From Babesia bigemina (Eukaryota): a stretch of DNA of 64,000 nucleotides. Location of the stretch: contig NC_027219.1 in assembly GCF_000981445.1 (NCBI RefSeq), forward strand, positions 682,001-746,000, read 5' to 3'. The translations under genes were made by a program, and so were the position numbers. The notes under the pieces are model-generated. The model was not told the DNA's origin, did no database searches, and saw only the letters and a program-made list of their open reading frames with translations. The first letter of the stretch is position 1; the number at the start of each line of letters is the position of its first letter. Below are positions 33,401 through 44,470 of the stretch, in pieces.

Positions 33401-36400
33401 GGCGTTGCAGAACGATGTCCTCGCCAAGGTTTGCCGCGGCTTCACCATGTTCCAGGGGTGCCCGAACGTCATCCGCAGCATATGCAGGTGCCTTGCTTCC
33501 ATGTGCATTACGGAGGCGCGCGTGAAGTCCTTGGTTGAGAGCCCCGACTTCGTGAAACTGACCAACAACCTCGTCAGCCTGGTTAACAGCGACAACAACG
33601 AGGTTGCGCTGAACGCGTTGAAGGCTATTTCGGAGCTGCTTAAGGTCAACAGCGACGTGTTGTTGAACTACTTCGCCACCAAGACCAACACCATCCCTGT
33701 GCTCTTCCACAAGATTGAGGTGCACCCTGAGGACCCCAAGATCGTTGCTCTGTCGGCGTCATGTCTTAATTGCTACGGCAAGAATGTCGGCAACGGCCGC
33801 AAGGACATCCCTGCAGTGCTGTCCAACATCACTCGTGCGCTGAAGGAGAACAAGAACGTTGGCACGACTGTTCTGCCTATCCTCAGGCTGCTGCTGAACC
33901 TCGCGAACCAGGAGACCAAGCAGGCGCTGAAGAGCTCCGGTGTCATGGAAATCGTGAGCGATGTGATGATGATCCACATCGACGACGAAGAGATCGCCGC
34001 TGCCGGTGGTGAATTGTTCGGTTTCCTCGGAGCTGAGGCCCAGATCCGCGCCTTGATGAGATCCGTCATCGACACTGTGAAGGTGCAGCAGGACGATATG
34101 GCCCAGCAGGTTGATTCCATGTGCATCCGTCTCGCGATGTACCTGCTGTCCCCGCTTGAGAACCGTGCGGATGCCCTTGCTGAGACCGAAGAGTTTTTGG
34201 GAGCGCTCAACACCTGCATTGCTTACGCCGCTGACAACAAGAACCTGGTGGCCAACGCCACTTTGGTGTCACGTCGTCTGTGTGACTCCGTCATCGAGGA
34301 CTTCGAAGACCAGTTCGGTGCATGGGCGGTTGCCAACTCCAGCAACCTGCAGCAGATCATCTCCGTGTTGAATTCGGAGTACGGTGCGAGCAATGTGAAG
34401 TTCTTGTGCCACGCGTACCGCGTCTTCACGTGCTGTGCAGTAAACCCGTACGTGACGGACCTGATGCAGGCGGAGTGTGAGACGGTGCTCCCGCGCTCCA
34501 TCGAACTGCTTGACCGCTACCAGGGCAACGCTGAAGTGTGCCACGCGATTTTGGAGTTCTTGAACCACCTTTCCAAGTCCCCTGCAACCGAGAACTCGGC
34601 GCAGAATTCGGGCAGCCAGCTGATCTACAGTGTTTGCCAGCAGAACAACGCGGACATGATATCCATCGCGAGCAACCTGATGATCAACCACAAGAATGCG
34701 GACAATGTGGTCATCCCTGCCATGCAACTCATTGGGGAGCTTGTTGGTGGAGGTTCGTACCAAGCCGACAAGGCGGCGGTGGCCGCGGCCATGTCCGCTG
34801 CCGAGCGTGTCTGCCTTGGGGACGTCTCCCACCAGCGCAAGTTGGCCTACATGGAGATGGTCGCTAGGGTGTTGGGCAGCCTGGAGACTAAGGATGCTCA
34901 CAGGTTGATGGAGAACGTGGTCCAGATGATGAACGCAGGCGTCATCGAGCGCAACCCTGCAACGCTTGCAGCGTACGCTCGCCTGCTTGCTGGCGCGATA
35001 CTGGCCGACCCCGAGAACAAGGACAACATGCAGCAGCTGAACAAGATGGGCGCCATCAAGGTGTTGGCGGATCTTTTGGACGACCGCTCCCTGTTCGACA
35101 AGGCAACTGTGCTGACGGTGTTGCAATCCCTTCAGTCATGCGTCAATGGTGCTCCCGCCAGTGCCGTCCTGGTGCTGAAGGAAGCGCTGCCTAAGCTGAT
35201 TGAGAACGGCTCAGACTTATTGACGAACGATCCGGACTGCAGCAACGCTTTCTGCGACCTGTTGTTGGACGCCGTTAAGATCGAGGGTGTTGGCCGCGTG
35301 CTGGGTGGCATGGAGCCCGTCATGAACCAGTTGCACAACCTCCAGATGAAGGCCAAGGATGCTGGTAACAAGGAACTGGAGTCCCGTGTGTTGCAGATCC
35401 TGAAGGGCATCGCTGCCGACCAACCGAAGATCAGGAATTGCAAGAGCATCTACCTGATGTTGGAAGAGCGTAAGAGCGAAGGCCAGACCATTTCGATTGC
35501 TCAAGCCATGGAGCTTGCGGACGACGCGAACTTCCTGCTGAAGACCATGACCGCGTACAACAACAAGGTTTTGGCATACGAGGAAGACAACGGCAAAGAC
35601 TTCATCTACGGTTCTATGGCGTTCGAATTGCTGTACAGCGTAGTAGACAACTGCCAGTACCTCACCGACAACGGCGTGCTGGAGACGCAGATGGATTCGT
35701 TGAGCAAGCAGACCCACCTCAACATCAGCAACTCGATTTCGGCGGCGCTGTGCGCGGGATGCTTGCACCCAGTTTTCGTCGCCAAGATTCTTACTCGTCC
35801 GAACAGTGTGAAGCAGATTGGAGATTACCTGAAACGCGTGCACTCCGGCAACGGAATGATTGTCCCAGCCACTTCTGAAGGGTCTGACAACATCGCCGAG
35901 GTTGTGCTTATCAACGCGCTGTTGCTCGTCGAACGCTCGGCCGTGAACCGCCGCATTTACCTGAAGTCTGACGTCATCAATACCGTGGTTGATGTCTGGG
36001 ACGCGTACGACCAGCACAAATATGAGACGCCCCGTCTGCTGCGCCAGACCTTCCGCACGCTGCGCAAGATCGTGGCGGAGGGCCACCTCGACATTATGTT
36101 GAAGTGCAACATGGTTGCGCGCATCAAGCAGATCCTTGCGACGACGGAAGATGTGAACCTGATTCCCGACGCTCTCTTCCTTGTCGGTAGTATGGCCGTG
36201 GTCAAGCAAATCAAGACCCAGATTTGTGAACTGGGCCTGCTGGACGGCATCGTGCATCTGATGGAGCGCCACGTGGGCAACCCGGATTCACCAAACGCCA
36301 TCATCACGAACACCTGCCTCGCGCTTGCCAACGCTTGCATCGGCCATCGCCAGGCCACGGACCGCTTCTTGCAGTTGAAGGGTCCGGAGTTGAACGTCCG

Positions 36401-38210
36401 CATTCTGCGTGAGTACGCCGAGTCGCACGAAATCACCAACGGTGCCAGTATCCTGCTGTGTAACATGCTTTACAAGAACGACAACCTCAAGGGCACGTAC
36501 GGTAAGTTGGGCGCTCCGGAGGCTCTGGTGCGTTGCCTGCGTGCTTACGCTGGTTCCAACCAGGGTTTCGCCATCCGTTGCATTGAGTCCCTGTTCAAGG
36601 CCATTTCCAACCTCGCGCTCTACGCCAGCAACGTGGCCCTGTTCCTGAGTGCTGGGATTGAGGACAGTTTCCGCGCCTGGTTGGCTGACCTGGAACCGTC
36701 GTTCTCGGACGCGCAGCTCAAGACCGGTTTGCAGACCCTGTCCAACCTTGTGATGGACAACAGAGAAGAGAACATGCGCAAGTTCTCCGTGGTGCTGCCG
36801 CCCGTCTTGAAGGTTTTGGCGCAGGACCGCCAAGACAGCAAGGTTGCGTTGCTGTTGTTCGACATCTTGGCCTCGCTGTGCCGTCTCCCCGACAACAGCA
36901 ATACCTTCTTGGAAAGTGGAGGTGCAGAGATGTGCATCCAGACCATGCGTCGTGTGAGCTATGACCTGGTTACGCTGACCCTCGGCATCAACCTCCTGGC
37001 CATTCAGGCCGGCAACCCCGCTGGTGCCCGGAAGTTGCTTGAACTGGACGTGTTCAGCCTGCTGGTTGCCAACCTGACGTTCGAGGAGCACACCCCCGAG
37101 ATGAACGACATTTTGATCGCGAGTCTCCGTTGCCTCAGGAAGCTGGTGAACTGCGCCGAGATGGTATACCTCTTCTGCAGCCAGGATGGTCTGGCCGCCA
37201 CGATTGCAGTCTCCCGCAAGACCCAACAACACCCGGTTATTCTGATCGAGTCCCTGCGTTTGATCCTGGGTATGCTGCAGCTGACCGAAGGTAAGGAGGC
37301 TGGCGCTGCGCCGGCATGGGAGAACATTGGCATGGAGAAGGAGGACATCGATACCCTTTTGGGCATCGTCTGTGTCTGTGGCGCCAATGAACAGGCGCAG
37401 AAAATGGCCCGGCTGCAGAAGATTTTGTTCAGCGTCATCGCCTACTTCCTGTCCCAGGGTCTGGGCAATGAGGCGCTCATTGTCAACAACTTCTCTGCGA
37501 TTGGAAACACGTACCTTACCAACTTCCCCAGTGCCATTGACGTGATCACGCTGATGACCGTGCTCTTGGAGAACGTTTTCACCGCCCCTGTCGAGGTGCG
37601 CAACAACCTGCTCTCCAGGGAGATGGTGAAGAGGTACCGCGACGTGGTGTCTGCGCTGCCCAAGAAGAAGCCTGAAGAAAAGACCTTCTACACCCGTTGC
37701 CAGACCCTCGTGAATGCCCTCGCTTCGAGCGAAGAACGCACTCTGGAGTCGACTGGCCATTTCGACATCGCCCTCAGTGAGTGGAACGTGGACCCGTACC
37801 CGCACGGTATCCACGACCTGCCAGAGCCCGTGAAGCAGTCGCTACGTACCGGCGGCCGCGTAAAGGGTTACATCCGCGACAGTACCACTCGCGTCGGCAT
37901 TCGGTGGCGTTCGAGCCAGGACCTCAACTACCTGGAGTGGGGCCCCGAGGAGGAAGAGTACCCGTACCGTATTGCGATCCGCTGCATCCGCAACATTGCG
38001 CGTGGCCTTCGTCACCCCACCCTGGAAGCCGCCAACGCCAAGGAGCCGCGCAAGGTCAACAACAACAACTGCTTCTGCATTCTGGGTTCCGCGACCGAGG
38101 ACTTCCCCGATGGGTTCGCTCTCCCTATTAAGTGCAAGAACGTAAAAGAGCGCGACGCCGTCGTCGAGCTCCTCGTCCAATGGCGTGATGCCGCTACTTA
38201 CAACTACTAA
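30432..38210 (+). CDS. GAC: Glideosome-associated connector (armadillo-repeat protein with C-terminal PH domain), ~2590 aa
   Basis: MAVSRMRRTAD start, long helical repeat body, C-terminal PH-like segment (RWRSSQDLNYLEWG...ERDAVVELLVQWRDAATYNY), and size all match apicomplexan GAC. Confidence 0.9.
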   Translation: MAVSRMRRTADGGVAQAVASVKEHQKFKKMLMFGMRSLSDFCNPQLQIHVDNALDALNRNVLPSIVTALSNFGDDEDIIFSCSQILQAMARACMEESENPEISQKFLKEGGMTAVELILNQCPQDDTVLGYCYAVIECFSASNSLADGGASLTGTICKSVRNKESMPVPVATRALVCLSAICASSSGPAKMKQHEGMAVLLQLCLLLPTEQPSIGVVERSMKAATAVAAAKMVDQSSLDPVIQVIEKFKTSKIVLSHGSDIVKSLVSTASLKQSLQDIQKCAAGSPEHKAAVDTLRSLSYISSVGEQLAKDGALGLMVDLIKNAVSQMETHKEVMVNVISVAARILGSVAANRSYCEEVVNKGGVDNLVAAMQVCMEYPSCIASIGDALAQLLQAGPAAYLKTDAVAVALPILYQLSDKEDVASSLMAFVAAASQKDELQPAFISNKVVEIMCTCCQYHSENLPLHLNIIQVLNRFSSQVKDLSLVYEYGGLQGIAMSMAAHYRSDKYCLEVLALLLTFACTPEAHQYMTTGEESIIDIILQLMLEHQEIEAITSSAVKVLEILSTEEDVQRTMKGLSLSLQTSRDNPDGAYAKIAAVTGLSRIARLRPSILSSGMPKEIMKSVSTWVESSNFEGRSKLTKAAMQSAVVASEDAAECVAMIQKVCDLACLPQVKRVIDLEGADDNFLLHCTGALRQMCSVERTYSPEECTTVVESINRVMRKHVDIKNAETQCIEALHDFVQVTGKNGIEALISTGAIVGVVGYLIKIPMYLPCQIAGVGFLLACAKMDYRALECLKQCNCYQLLRALNRTHKKSRKLKAMVGVLMTMIMPPEAFEAELTQLLIDMAKGQETNDIVAVHTALMSMNQLLVAKECIRIAARLGVPEALTKACTWTLKNKALAAKVQVVEPGDLAGKDLVDGILFEVAQANFNMGQNRNGLIAMTKQQSHLTSLTVYQSLESPVTTMVEDGACAALDGMTLLFLHNRANVEEALQNDVLAKVCRGFTMFQGCPNVIRSICRCLASMCITEARVKSLVESPDFVKLTNNLVSLVNSDNNEVALNALKAISELLKVNSDVLLNYFATKTNTIPVLFHKIEVHPEDPKIVALSASCLNCYGKNVGNGRKDIPAVLSNITRALKENKNVGTTVLPILRLLLNLANQETKQALKSSGVMEIVSDVMMIHIDDEEIAAAGGELFGFLGAEAQIRALMRSVIDTVKVQQDDMAQQVDSMCIRLAMYLLSPLENRADALAETEEFLGALNTCIAYAADNKNLVANATLVSRRLCDSVIEDFEDQFGAWAVANSSNLQQIISVLNSEYGASNVKFLCHAYRVFTCCAVNPYVTDLMQAECETVLPRSIELLDRYQGNAEVCHAILEFLNHLSKSPATENSAQNSGSQLIYSVCQQNNADMISIASNLMINHKNADNVVIPAMQLIGELVGGGSYQADKAAVAAAMSAAERVCLGDVSHQRKLAYMEMVARVLGSLETKDAHRLMENVVQMMNAGVIERNPATLAAYARLLAGAILADPENKDNMQQLNKMGAIKVLADLLDDRSLFDKATVLTVLQSLQSCVNGAPASAVLVLKEALPKLIENGSDLLTNDPDCSNAFCDLLLDAVKIEGVGRVLGGMEPVMNQLHNLQMKAKDAGNKELESRVLQILKGIAADQPKIRNCKSIYLMLEERKSEGQTISIAQAMELADDANFLLKTMTAYNNKVLAYEEDNGKDFIYGSMAFELLYSVVDNCQYLTDNGVLETQMDSLSKQTHLNISNSISAALCAGCLHPVFVAKILTRPNSVKQIGDYLKRVHSGNGMIVPATSEGSDNIAEVVLINALLLVERSAVNRRIYLKSDVINTVVDVWDAYDQHKYETPRLLRQTFRTLRKIVAEGHLDIMLKCNMVARIKQILATTEDVNLIPDALFLVGSMAVVKQIKTQICELGLLDGIVHLMERHVGNPDSPNAIITNTCLALANACIGHRQATDRFLQLKGPELNVRILREYAESHEITNGASILLCNMLYKNDNLKGTYGKLGAPEALVRCLRAYAGSNQGFAIRCIESLFKAISNLALYASNVALFLSAGIEDSFRAWLADLEPSFSDAQLKTGLQTLSNLVMDNREENMRKFSVVLPPVLKVLAQDRQDSKVALLLFDILASLCRLPDNSNTFLESGGAEMCIQTMRRVSYDLVTLTLGINLLAIQAGNPAGARKLLELDVFSLLVANLTFEEHTPEMNDILIASLRCLRKLVNCAEMVYLFCSQDGLAATIAVSRKTQQHPVILIESLRLILGMLQLTEGKEAGAAPAWENIGMEKEDIDTLLGIVCVCGANEQAQKMARLQKILFSVIAYFLSQGLGNEALIVNNFSAIGNTYLTNFPSAIDVITLMTVLLENVFTAPVEVRNNLLSREMVKRYRDVVSALPKKKPEEKTFYTRCQTLVNALASSEERTLESTGHFDIALSEWNVDPYPHGIHDLPEPVKQSLRTGGRVKGYIRDSTTRVGIRWRSSQDLNYLEWGPEEEEYPYRIAIRCIRNIARGLRHPTLEAANAKEPRKVNNNNCFCILGSATEDFPDGFALPIKCKNVKERDAVVELLVQWRDAATYNY

Positions 38211-38302
38211 TTGACAACATGTATAACATTAGTTCGTATACCCTTCTCTGTTGCCGTGCACGGTCAAGACGCTCCCCTCGGAGGCGAACAGCTGCCCGAG
38301 TT

Positions 38303-40125
38303 TTATGGCAGATGCATTTGTGACACCGGCGTGTGCTGTACTGGGAACGTTTCGTCGGTGATGCGCAGCAGCCTGTCGAAACCCTCCGACTCGTCCGGAG
38401 GCTGCATCTGCTTGAAGTAAGTGCGTACAACGTTTTGCGAAAGATGCGCATACTCCTGCGGCTCCACGATCTGGGGAGGGGTGAATTGCGTGCCAACGTC
38501 GCAGCTTACCTTGCGGTACCGGAAAAAGTGGAGTGAGAAATTCACAGAAACGTCCAGAAATACGACAGTACAGCTGACTCCTGCGGCGCGACTCACGGCT
38601 ATGTAATCGCGGCGCTTCTCCGGAATGGCGTTGGCCCCGTCGATGATGACATTTTCACCCCTCTGCAGGCATTCCCTGGCAGCGCGCACACCGGCATCCC
38701 GGGTTCTCAACTCGTCCTCGTTTATGCGCGTAAATGACGCAAATTTGTTCTTGCACAAGAAGGTTTTACCACCCGACGGCGGACCAACTAGGATCACCAT
38801 GCCGCCGGTAACGTCCAAAGGTGCCGGGTTTGTACCAACCTTCTTTGGGTCGAAGTCGACAGTTAGAGGCATGCTCGGGTGGTTCGCGAAGTATTCTTCC
38901 GGCGTGTAGAATCCGACATTGTTGTTGAGCGCATACTTGAGGTCGCAGTCTGAAAAGTCGGCTTCGAACTTGTTCCTCAAGCTCGCTGGTTTCAATTTTG
39001 CGATAATGGCGTTTGCATCCACCGGCTCATCGTTAAAATAGCGGTCCTTGCGTACATAGCTCCTGTTGCTGAAGTCCTCAGCCTTCAGCAAAGCCATCAC
39101 ACGCTCACAGTGGGCATCAAGTAGCTCATCAGTCCAAACCCTCCCAGCTGCGTCTCCCACGTAGAAGGAATTCGCACGGTCGACCTCGATGCCCTCGTTG
39201 AGGTGTTGTTCGTAGAAGGTGAGCATTCCGGGCCCTGTTGCATCATGAAACCGTCGTACAAGCGGGGTTGGCCGAGCGGGGAGTTGACGGAAAGATTCGA
39301 GTTCACTGCTGCGCACGAACACACACCTGGTTTTCTGGACAAATCTCTTCTGAATCTGCACCGTGGTGTAAACATTTGTAACACATCGGACTAACCCTAG
39401 CAGGATGTACAAGGGGATGTCGACTGTGGCATGATTTGCGCTTAATAGTTATGCCACCTACGCTCATTGAGGAGCAGTTGGATTCTCGCTGAAGGTATTT
39501 AAGGGATCAATTGGCGTTTACGTACCGAAAATGAGTTTTGACACCCTGGGAACCTCGAAAAGCTGACTCTGGTTGGAGCAGATGACGATGGCCTTGCTGA
39601 GCTGCATTAAGAAAAGCGAGGAAAACACGGAATCGCAAACTGTAGGACATAATGTTTAGGAATTCTTTTCGTGTACCTGTCAATATACAGTATGAAACAA
39701 TTGTGTTGCGTTTTCGGTGTCCCGGGCTGTCATGTAAGATTGCAAAAAGGACTATAAGTACAGAATATGTAGACAGAGACTCTACTATCGCGAAAGCGGC
39801 AACGACGCGCCTGGCACAGAGTTTTACTCACCCGTCTGCGAGTTCCTGTTGCAATTTCTGTTTCACATTTGTGTTGTAGAGGATGAAGTCGTTGGGGATG
39901 GCTGGCTTGTTAATCCACGGTTTACAGCCCTTTACTAAGTCCGGAACTAGCGTGCTTGGCGTCAACATTAGAGTATTGTCCATGTCAAACATGGCCAGCT
40001 TGGAAGATGGCTTCGGATCGCCGTAGCGCTGGTAGAGGACACCATCATGCTGCGTCGGTGTAGATGCAACACTATTTTCCTACCTGCTTCCACTGCGGAG
40101 GGTATTCGAAGTATTCCGACACCAT
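38303..40125 (-). CDS. PNKP: Bifunctional polynucleotide kinase 3'-phosphatase, multi-exon
   Basis: HAD motif AMFDMDNTL, ICSNQS, RKPGPGML (spliced), SFYVGDAAGR, DFSDCDLKYALN, FYTPEEYF, P-loop GPPSGGKT. Start MVSEYFEYPPQWKQ at 40125. Confidence 0.92.
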
Positions 40126-40678
40126 GGTGTCTAGAATACCGTATGTGTAGTATTTCGGGGGCAAAAATGGAATCTCGCTCGACCAGATCTCTATGCATCG
40201 ACCACCATAGAGAGCTCCGTGGTAGTACCGTTCACCGTCATCCATACTTATCAGTCAACCCTGTGGGTCGTTGCAGTTTTATGCTGTCATAAACGCCCAT
40301 TAGTGATTATGTGTCATCGCTAATCGGCCTTTAAGCCGTATGTGTAAGATGTCGACGCCAGGTGTGTCATTGTTTGTGGCGACTATATGTGACTGGCGAT
40401 CGACCGTTTATGTGCTCTAATCGATTGTAGCAGTGCTAAAATCCATGCCAGGAGCTTTCGGGTGTTTGTAGTCGGCGTATTACGGGTATACCAGGTGTCC
40501 AATTACGAAGCCTACGGAATTGGTATTGTCTGCGACGCCAAGCTTTCGTTTTCGTGCCTACAAAGCGTATCATAGGGCCTGTTGCATATGGTTTGACGCG
40601 CGAGTAACACCTCGTTAGCGTGTTGATGTGGATCCCGCGGCTGCTGTAAACGCTTTGGTGGTCTTACGCCAGTGCAAG

Positions 40679-43216
40679 ATGGCGAAACTAGAGGACGTGT
40701 TGGTAGACGCCGAGGCCGTTTATACATGCAACTATCTTCTGAAATGCTATAGCGATGACTTCGGTGTGGACGTGCTCACTGAGGTGCCGGATATAAACGT
40801 GGCTGCGGCGTCATTCCTATCGGAAGTTGCCGGGAAATCGGCTGAACAGGTAAAAGCCACATTGGACAGGCTGAATCATGCGCTGCTGGTTGTAAGCGCC
40901 TTGCGTCACAAGGGGGTATTGAACAACACGAGCGACATAATAAAAAGTGAGGAGGAGGTGAACACGTTTCTGGGTCTGCTCAACGAGGTGTCAGAGTCGG
41001 TCGGTGTTTTGCGCAGCGATGTTGAAAGCCGCTATGGGCACTCTATTTCTTTATATCGGTCGTTAGAAGATGACATCGCGTGTCTTGACGGCATTTGTAA
41101 GGCTCAGGCGTACGTGGTTGAATGCATGGGCGTGTTATCCGGTCTGCGTGAACTCAAGTCCGAGAGCCACAGTCTGGAAACGTTAGACGGCTATGCGGCG
41201 TTGCTGAACACGTCACATAAGCTCGGTAAGATCATATCTCGCGTTGCTGCGATGCAAAAGACCGATGTGAGCAGCATTATCTCCAGGCAATGTGAGGAAT
41301 TGAAGGCGGAGTTGGTAAATCTCGCATCTGAGAAGGGCGTAAGCGCCCTGATTCGTCAGCACATGACGTCAGGTAGTAATGACATAGTTGATGAGGGTAC
41401 ACTGAAGAGGCTCGCGATATGTCATTACATTCTAAAGGAGCTCGCAGTAACGCCCTCGTACACGCTACGCCTGGTGGATGAAATGGTCGCGTCCACAGGT
41501 AGGTGCATCAATTTGGATCAGTTGTTGAGGTCGGGCACACGGGACGATATGTGGCAACAATTCTTAATATCGCAGTTGGCCGAATTCATGGCCAAGTACA
41601 AGTCGTGTCTGATGGCACTCCATACATTCTGCCGTTCCGTGAACTATCGCCTGAGCGAACACCTGAATGAGGAAGAGGAGCGTATTACGAAAGTATGTCC
41701 CCTTCTCTCGCAGCCACTTCGTAAGCAACATGACCCTTTAGAGGTGTTCGCTGCATGTGAGCTTTACGTCAAGCGTTGTGTGGGCATTTTGCACACAGCC
41801 TTAACTCAGCTGGAATCGCAATCGCCCTCAAGTGGACGCTTCGACGTTGCGATGCTCGCCCCTCAGCTGATTTCCATCGGGGAATGCACCCACAAGGAGC
41901 TATGCCATTTGAACATCCCCTTCAACATGCACGCCCACTACTTTACGGTGGTGTGCGAGAGGTACGCCAAGGAGTTTATGACCAACGCCGCTGCGCGTAT
42001 GCTTCCGGCGTCTCAGACGGCATTCGCGGCCTGTTTGAAAGTGCTACACCAGAATGGCGTGAGAAACTTCAAGGGCTTGTCGCCCGACCGCGAACTGCAG
42101 CTTGCAGCCTCCGTGGTCCACTCGGTGCCAGTAGACGTTGGTCTTGCGCGAGTGATGTACGACTTTTTAGATAAATCGCACAGCTGCGAGACCCTGCATA
42201 GGCACGTGTTGGAGGTTGCGAACTCGGCCCTGCAGCATATATTACGGGCTGCTGAAGATGTGTCCACCGTTTCAGGATCACGTCTGCTGCTGAGCGATGG
42301 CGGCAGCAAGATATCGCTGAAGCGTCCCACCGATGCGCACCGTATTAATGCGCGCATCTATCACTACATTTTGTCGTTCGTGGACGTGATAGAGCCGTGC
42401 CTGGTAATGCCGATGGACAAGGAGTCGAAATTATACGGTACGGTGCAGAGTTGCAAAAACTTGAAGGTCATTGACTGCTGGGCTGATGATGTTGGTGCCA
42501 CCCTGTGGCATACGGTATCCTACATCAGCTCGGGTAATTGCCAGGAGTTTGGGTGGCAAGCGCAGCAGGTGCTCACCGCAACGCAGAATATTGTGAAAAT
42601 ATGCAATTTCTTGCGGGAAAACTACTTCAACCCGCTTGTGCCATATGGGCGCCTACGCCTGTTTAGGCGTTTGGCGACTCATGCCATCTCATGTTTCGTT
42701 GTTTATGCATTGACGGTCTGGCCTCTGGAGGAGAACGACAAGATTTCGCTGCTGGGCGTCGTGACCGAGTTGGAGATGGAACTAGCTGAAATCCTGAAAG
42801 AATCAGTGCCCAAGCTTGAGTCCGACTTCCTCGCGGCTCTACGTCGACTTCTTTACCTAGGCGATGAATTGTACGATGTAATCGACTCGCCGGACTTCCA
42901 AACCAGCGCGTGTCTGAAGCTGCCACTGGATCTAATATCGCTACACGTGATGACACGCATAGTTAACAGCACCCATGTGTCGACGTCGATGCGTGAAGAG
43001 TTGTTGCGTTCGCCTCTCCACCAATATTGGAAGACAAGCAGCATACATAACGTTCTGGATTCCTTCCGCAACACGATGCTGCGGTACGATCCATCGGTTC
43101 CGTGCTCGCCGATGTTCGGAAAGAAGTTGGCAGCTTATTTGAAGCAGTTTGGGTCGTTCGAATCTCTGCTAAGCGGACAACTAAGTGGAGCCTTTTCCTT
43201 CCTTGACAGTCACTAG
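40679..43216 (+). CDS. COG5: Conserved oligomeric Golgi complex subunit 5-like
   Basis: N-terminal coiled-coil region of COG5 type. The C-terminal FVVYALTVWPLEENDKISL...ELEMEL...LRRLLY...ELLRSP parallels COG5 (RPL.E.GK..LA.D...E; FR.LLF; EL.SP). Confidence 0.72.
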   Translation: MAKLEDVLVDAEAVYTCNYLLKCYSDDFGVDVLTEVPDINVAAASFLSEVAGKSAEQVKATLDRLNHALLVVSALRHKGVLNNTSDIIKSEEEVNTFLGLLNEVSESVGVLRSDVESRYGHSISLYRSLEDDIACLDGICKAQAYVVECMGVLSGLRELKSESHSLETLDGYAALLNTSHKLGKIISRVAAMQKTDVSSIISRQCEELKAELVNLASEKGVSALIRQHMTSGSNDIVDEGTLKRLAICHYILKELAVTPSYTLRLVDEMVASTGRCINLDQLLRSGTRDDMWQQFLISQLAEFMAKYKSCLMALHTFCRSVNYRLSEHLNEEEERITKVCPLLSQPLRKQHDPLEVFAACELYVKRCVGILHTALTQLESQSPSSGRFDVAMLAPQLISIGECTHKELCHLNIPFNMHAHYFTVVCERYAKEFMTNAAARMLPASQTAFAACLKVLHQNGVRNFKGLSPDRELQLAASVVHSVPVDVGLARVMYDFLDKSHSCETLHRHVLEVANSALQHILRAAEDVSTVSGSRLLLSDGGSKISLKRPTDAHRINARIYHYILSFVDVIEPCLVMPMDKESKLYGTVQSCKNLKVIDCWADDVGATLWHTVSYISSGNCQEFGWQAQQVLTATQNIVKICNFLRENYFNPLVPYGRLRLFRRLATHAISCFVVYALTVWPLEENDKISLLGVVTELEMELAEILKESVPKLESDFLAALRRLLYLGDELYDVIDSPDFQTSACLKLPLDLISLHVMTRIVNSTHVSTSMREELLRSPLHQYWKTSSIHNVLDSFRNTMLRYDPSVPCSPMFGKKLAAYLKQFGSFESLLSGQLSGAFSFLDSH

Positions 43217-43329
43217 ATTTCAATATTACCCGGTATGATATTTTCGCTGCATCACTTATACTCGCATCGTATTATTCGAGTTCCTGCAAATATGCGTATT
43301 GCTGCGCCTTGTGCCATTCGAGAAATACA

Positions 43330-43890
43330 GGTATTGCAAATTGTATTCCACAACATTAGCACTATTAGTTGTGCGTGTATCTGCGTCTATAAACTTGGAT
43401 ACGAGATATCCGGGTTTTTTCAATAGTCGCAGCGTAATGAGGTGAGAAAAGAAGTGATAAGTCACAGGGATGTGGTCAATATTTCTTTTAGAGTTACTGC
43501 CTAGGCGTACAGTAATATTATCACGTGACGCCATAAAGACACCAGAATTCCCTAAGATATACCGCGTACTCCATGTCTCCATTACATTTTATGTAGGTAC
43601 TATATTGTTCATACGTTGTCGTATTGTACCTGATGAACGCAGCGACGAAAACAATTTGATTGTATGGTAAACATAGTTGCCAAAGACTGCTGAACTGCTT
43701 AATTATACAATCAAACAATCCCCATAGGACCCTAAAAATGCCACCAATTGATGAATTTAGATGTAATATAGTCATTCAGGTGATCTTAGACAATCACCAG
43801 AGGGAACCAGGTGACGATAGTAGGCGAAATGAACTGCCATACAAATCCTGAGAACAGGAAATACCCTCCAGTAGCAGACTAGATGAAATA
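43330..43890 (-). pseudogene. Possible decayed multi-transmembrane (Tpr/Mtm-like) gene remnant
   Basis: Hydrophobic peptide stretches broken by stops and a frameshift (FLFSGFVWQFISPTIVTWFPLVIV*; SLWQLCLPYNQIVFVAAFIRY). The family resemblance is weak. Confidence 0.25.
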
Positions 43891-44470
43891 GATGCAAGGT
43901 ATATGATACAGAGTTGCCTAAATGCTGTTGACATAAGTCGATTCGTCGAAAACTATCATGAATGTCAAACGTTAATCGTGACCTTAAATCCCAGGCTGCT
44001 AGGATGTATATGAAAACGCACCCATAAGTGGTATTATCAAGTTAGCACAAATATTCCGCTAATTCATGCTCTCACAATTGCAGCGGTCAATGTTGCAATG
44101 GCCTGCAGCACCTCAATTCCGCACTCTACGTTATTCACCTTGCGAAGCATGCAAAATACCGCAATGGAGGATACGGTTACGCAATATAGCAAAGCATATT
44201 ACCACATCAAATATAGCGTCCAATGCCTAACTCCAGTAAACATCAGATGCAATGCAGTCTGTGGTGATCAACATTTACCCACTTAGCATGCGTATTTGGC
44301 ACAGGATGCGAGCAAGCATTTAGGATTTTGAACAATGATACATCGCAAATACTCACACAAAACCACTTTCCTAACTATACATCTGCTGATGCAACTAGGT
44401 TATCGCATAACCCAACCTCTATTACAGTCTACTGGATAAGTTTTGTTCACGGCGGTCATGATAGGTTAAA

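Noticed and set aside
30476..38180. Many long minus-strand ORFs (up to 508 aa) inside GAC, and similar ones in SEC24, SYF1, B56 and the E3 ligase
   Set aside because: Antisense shadows expected from GC3-rich codon usage; no recognisable motifs.
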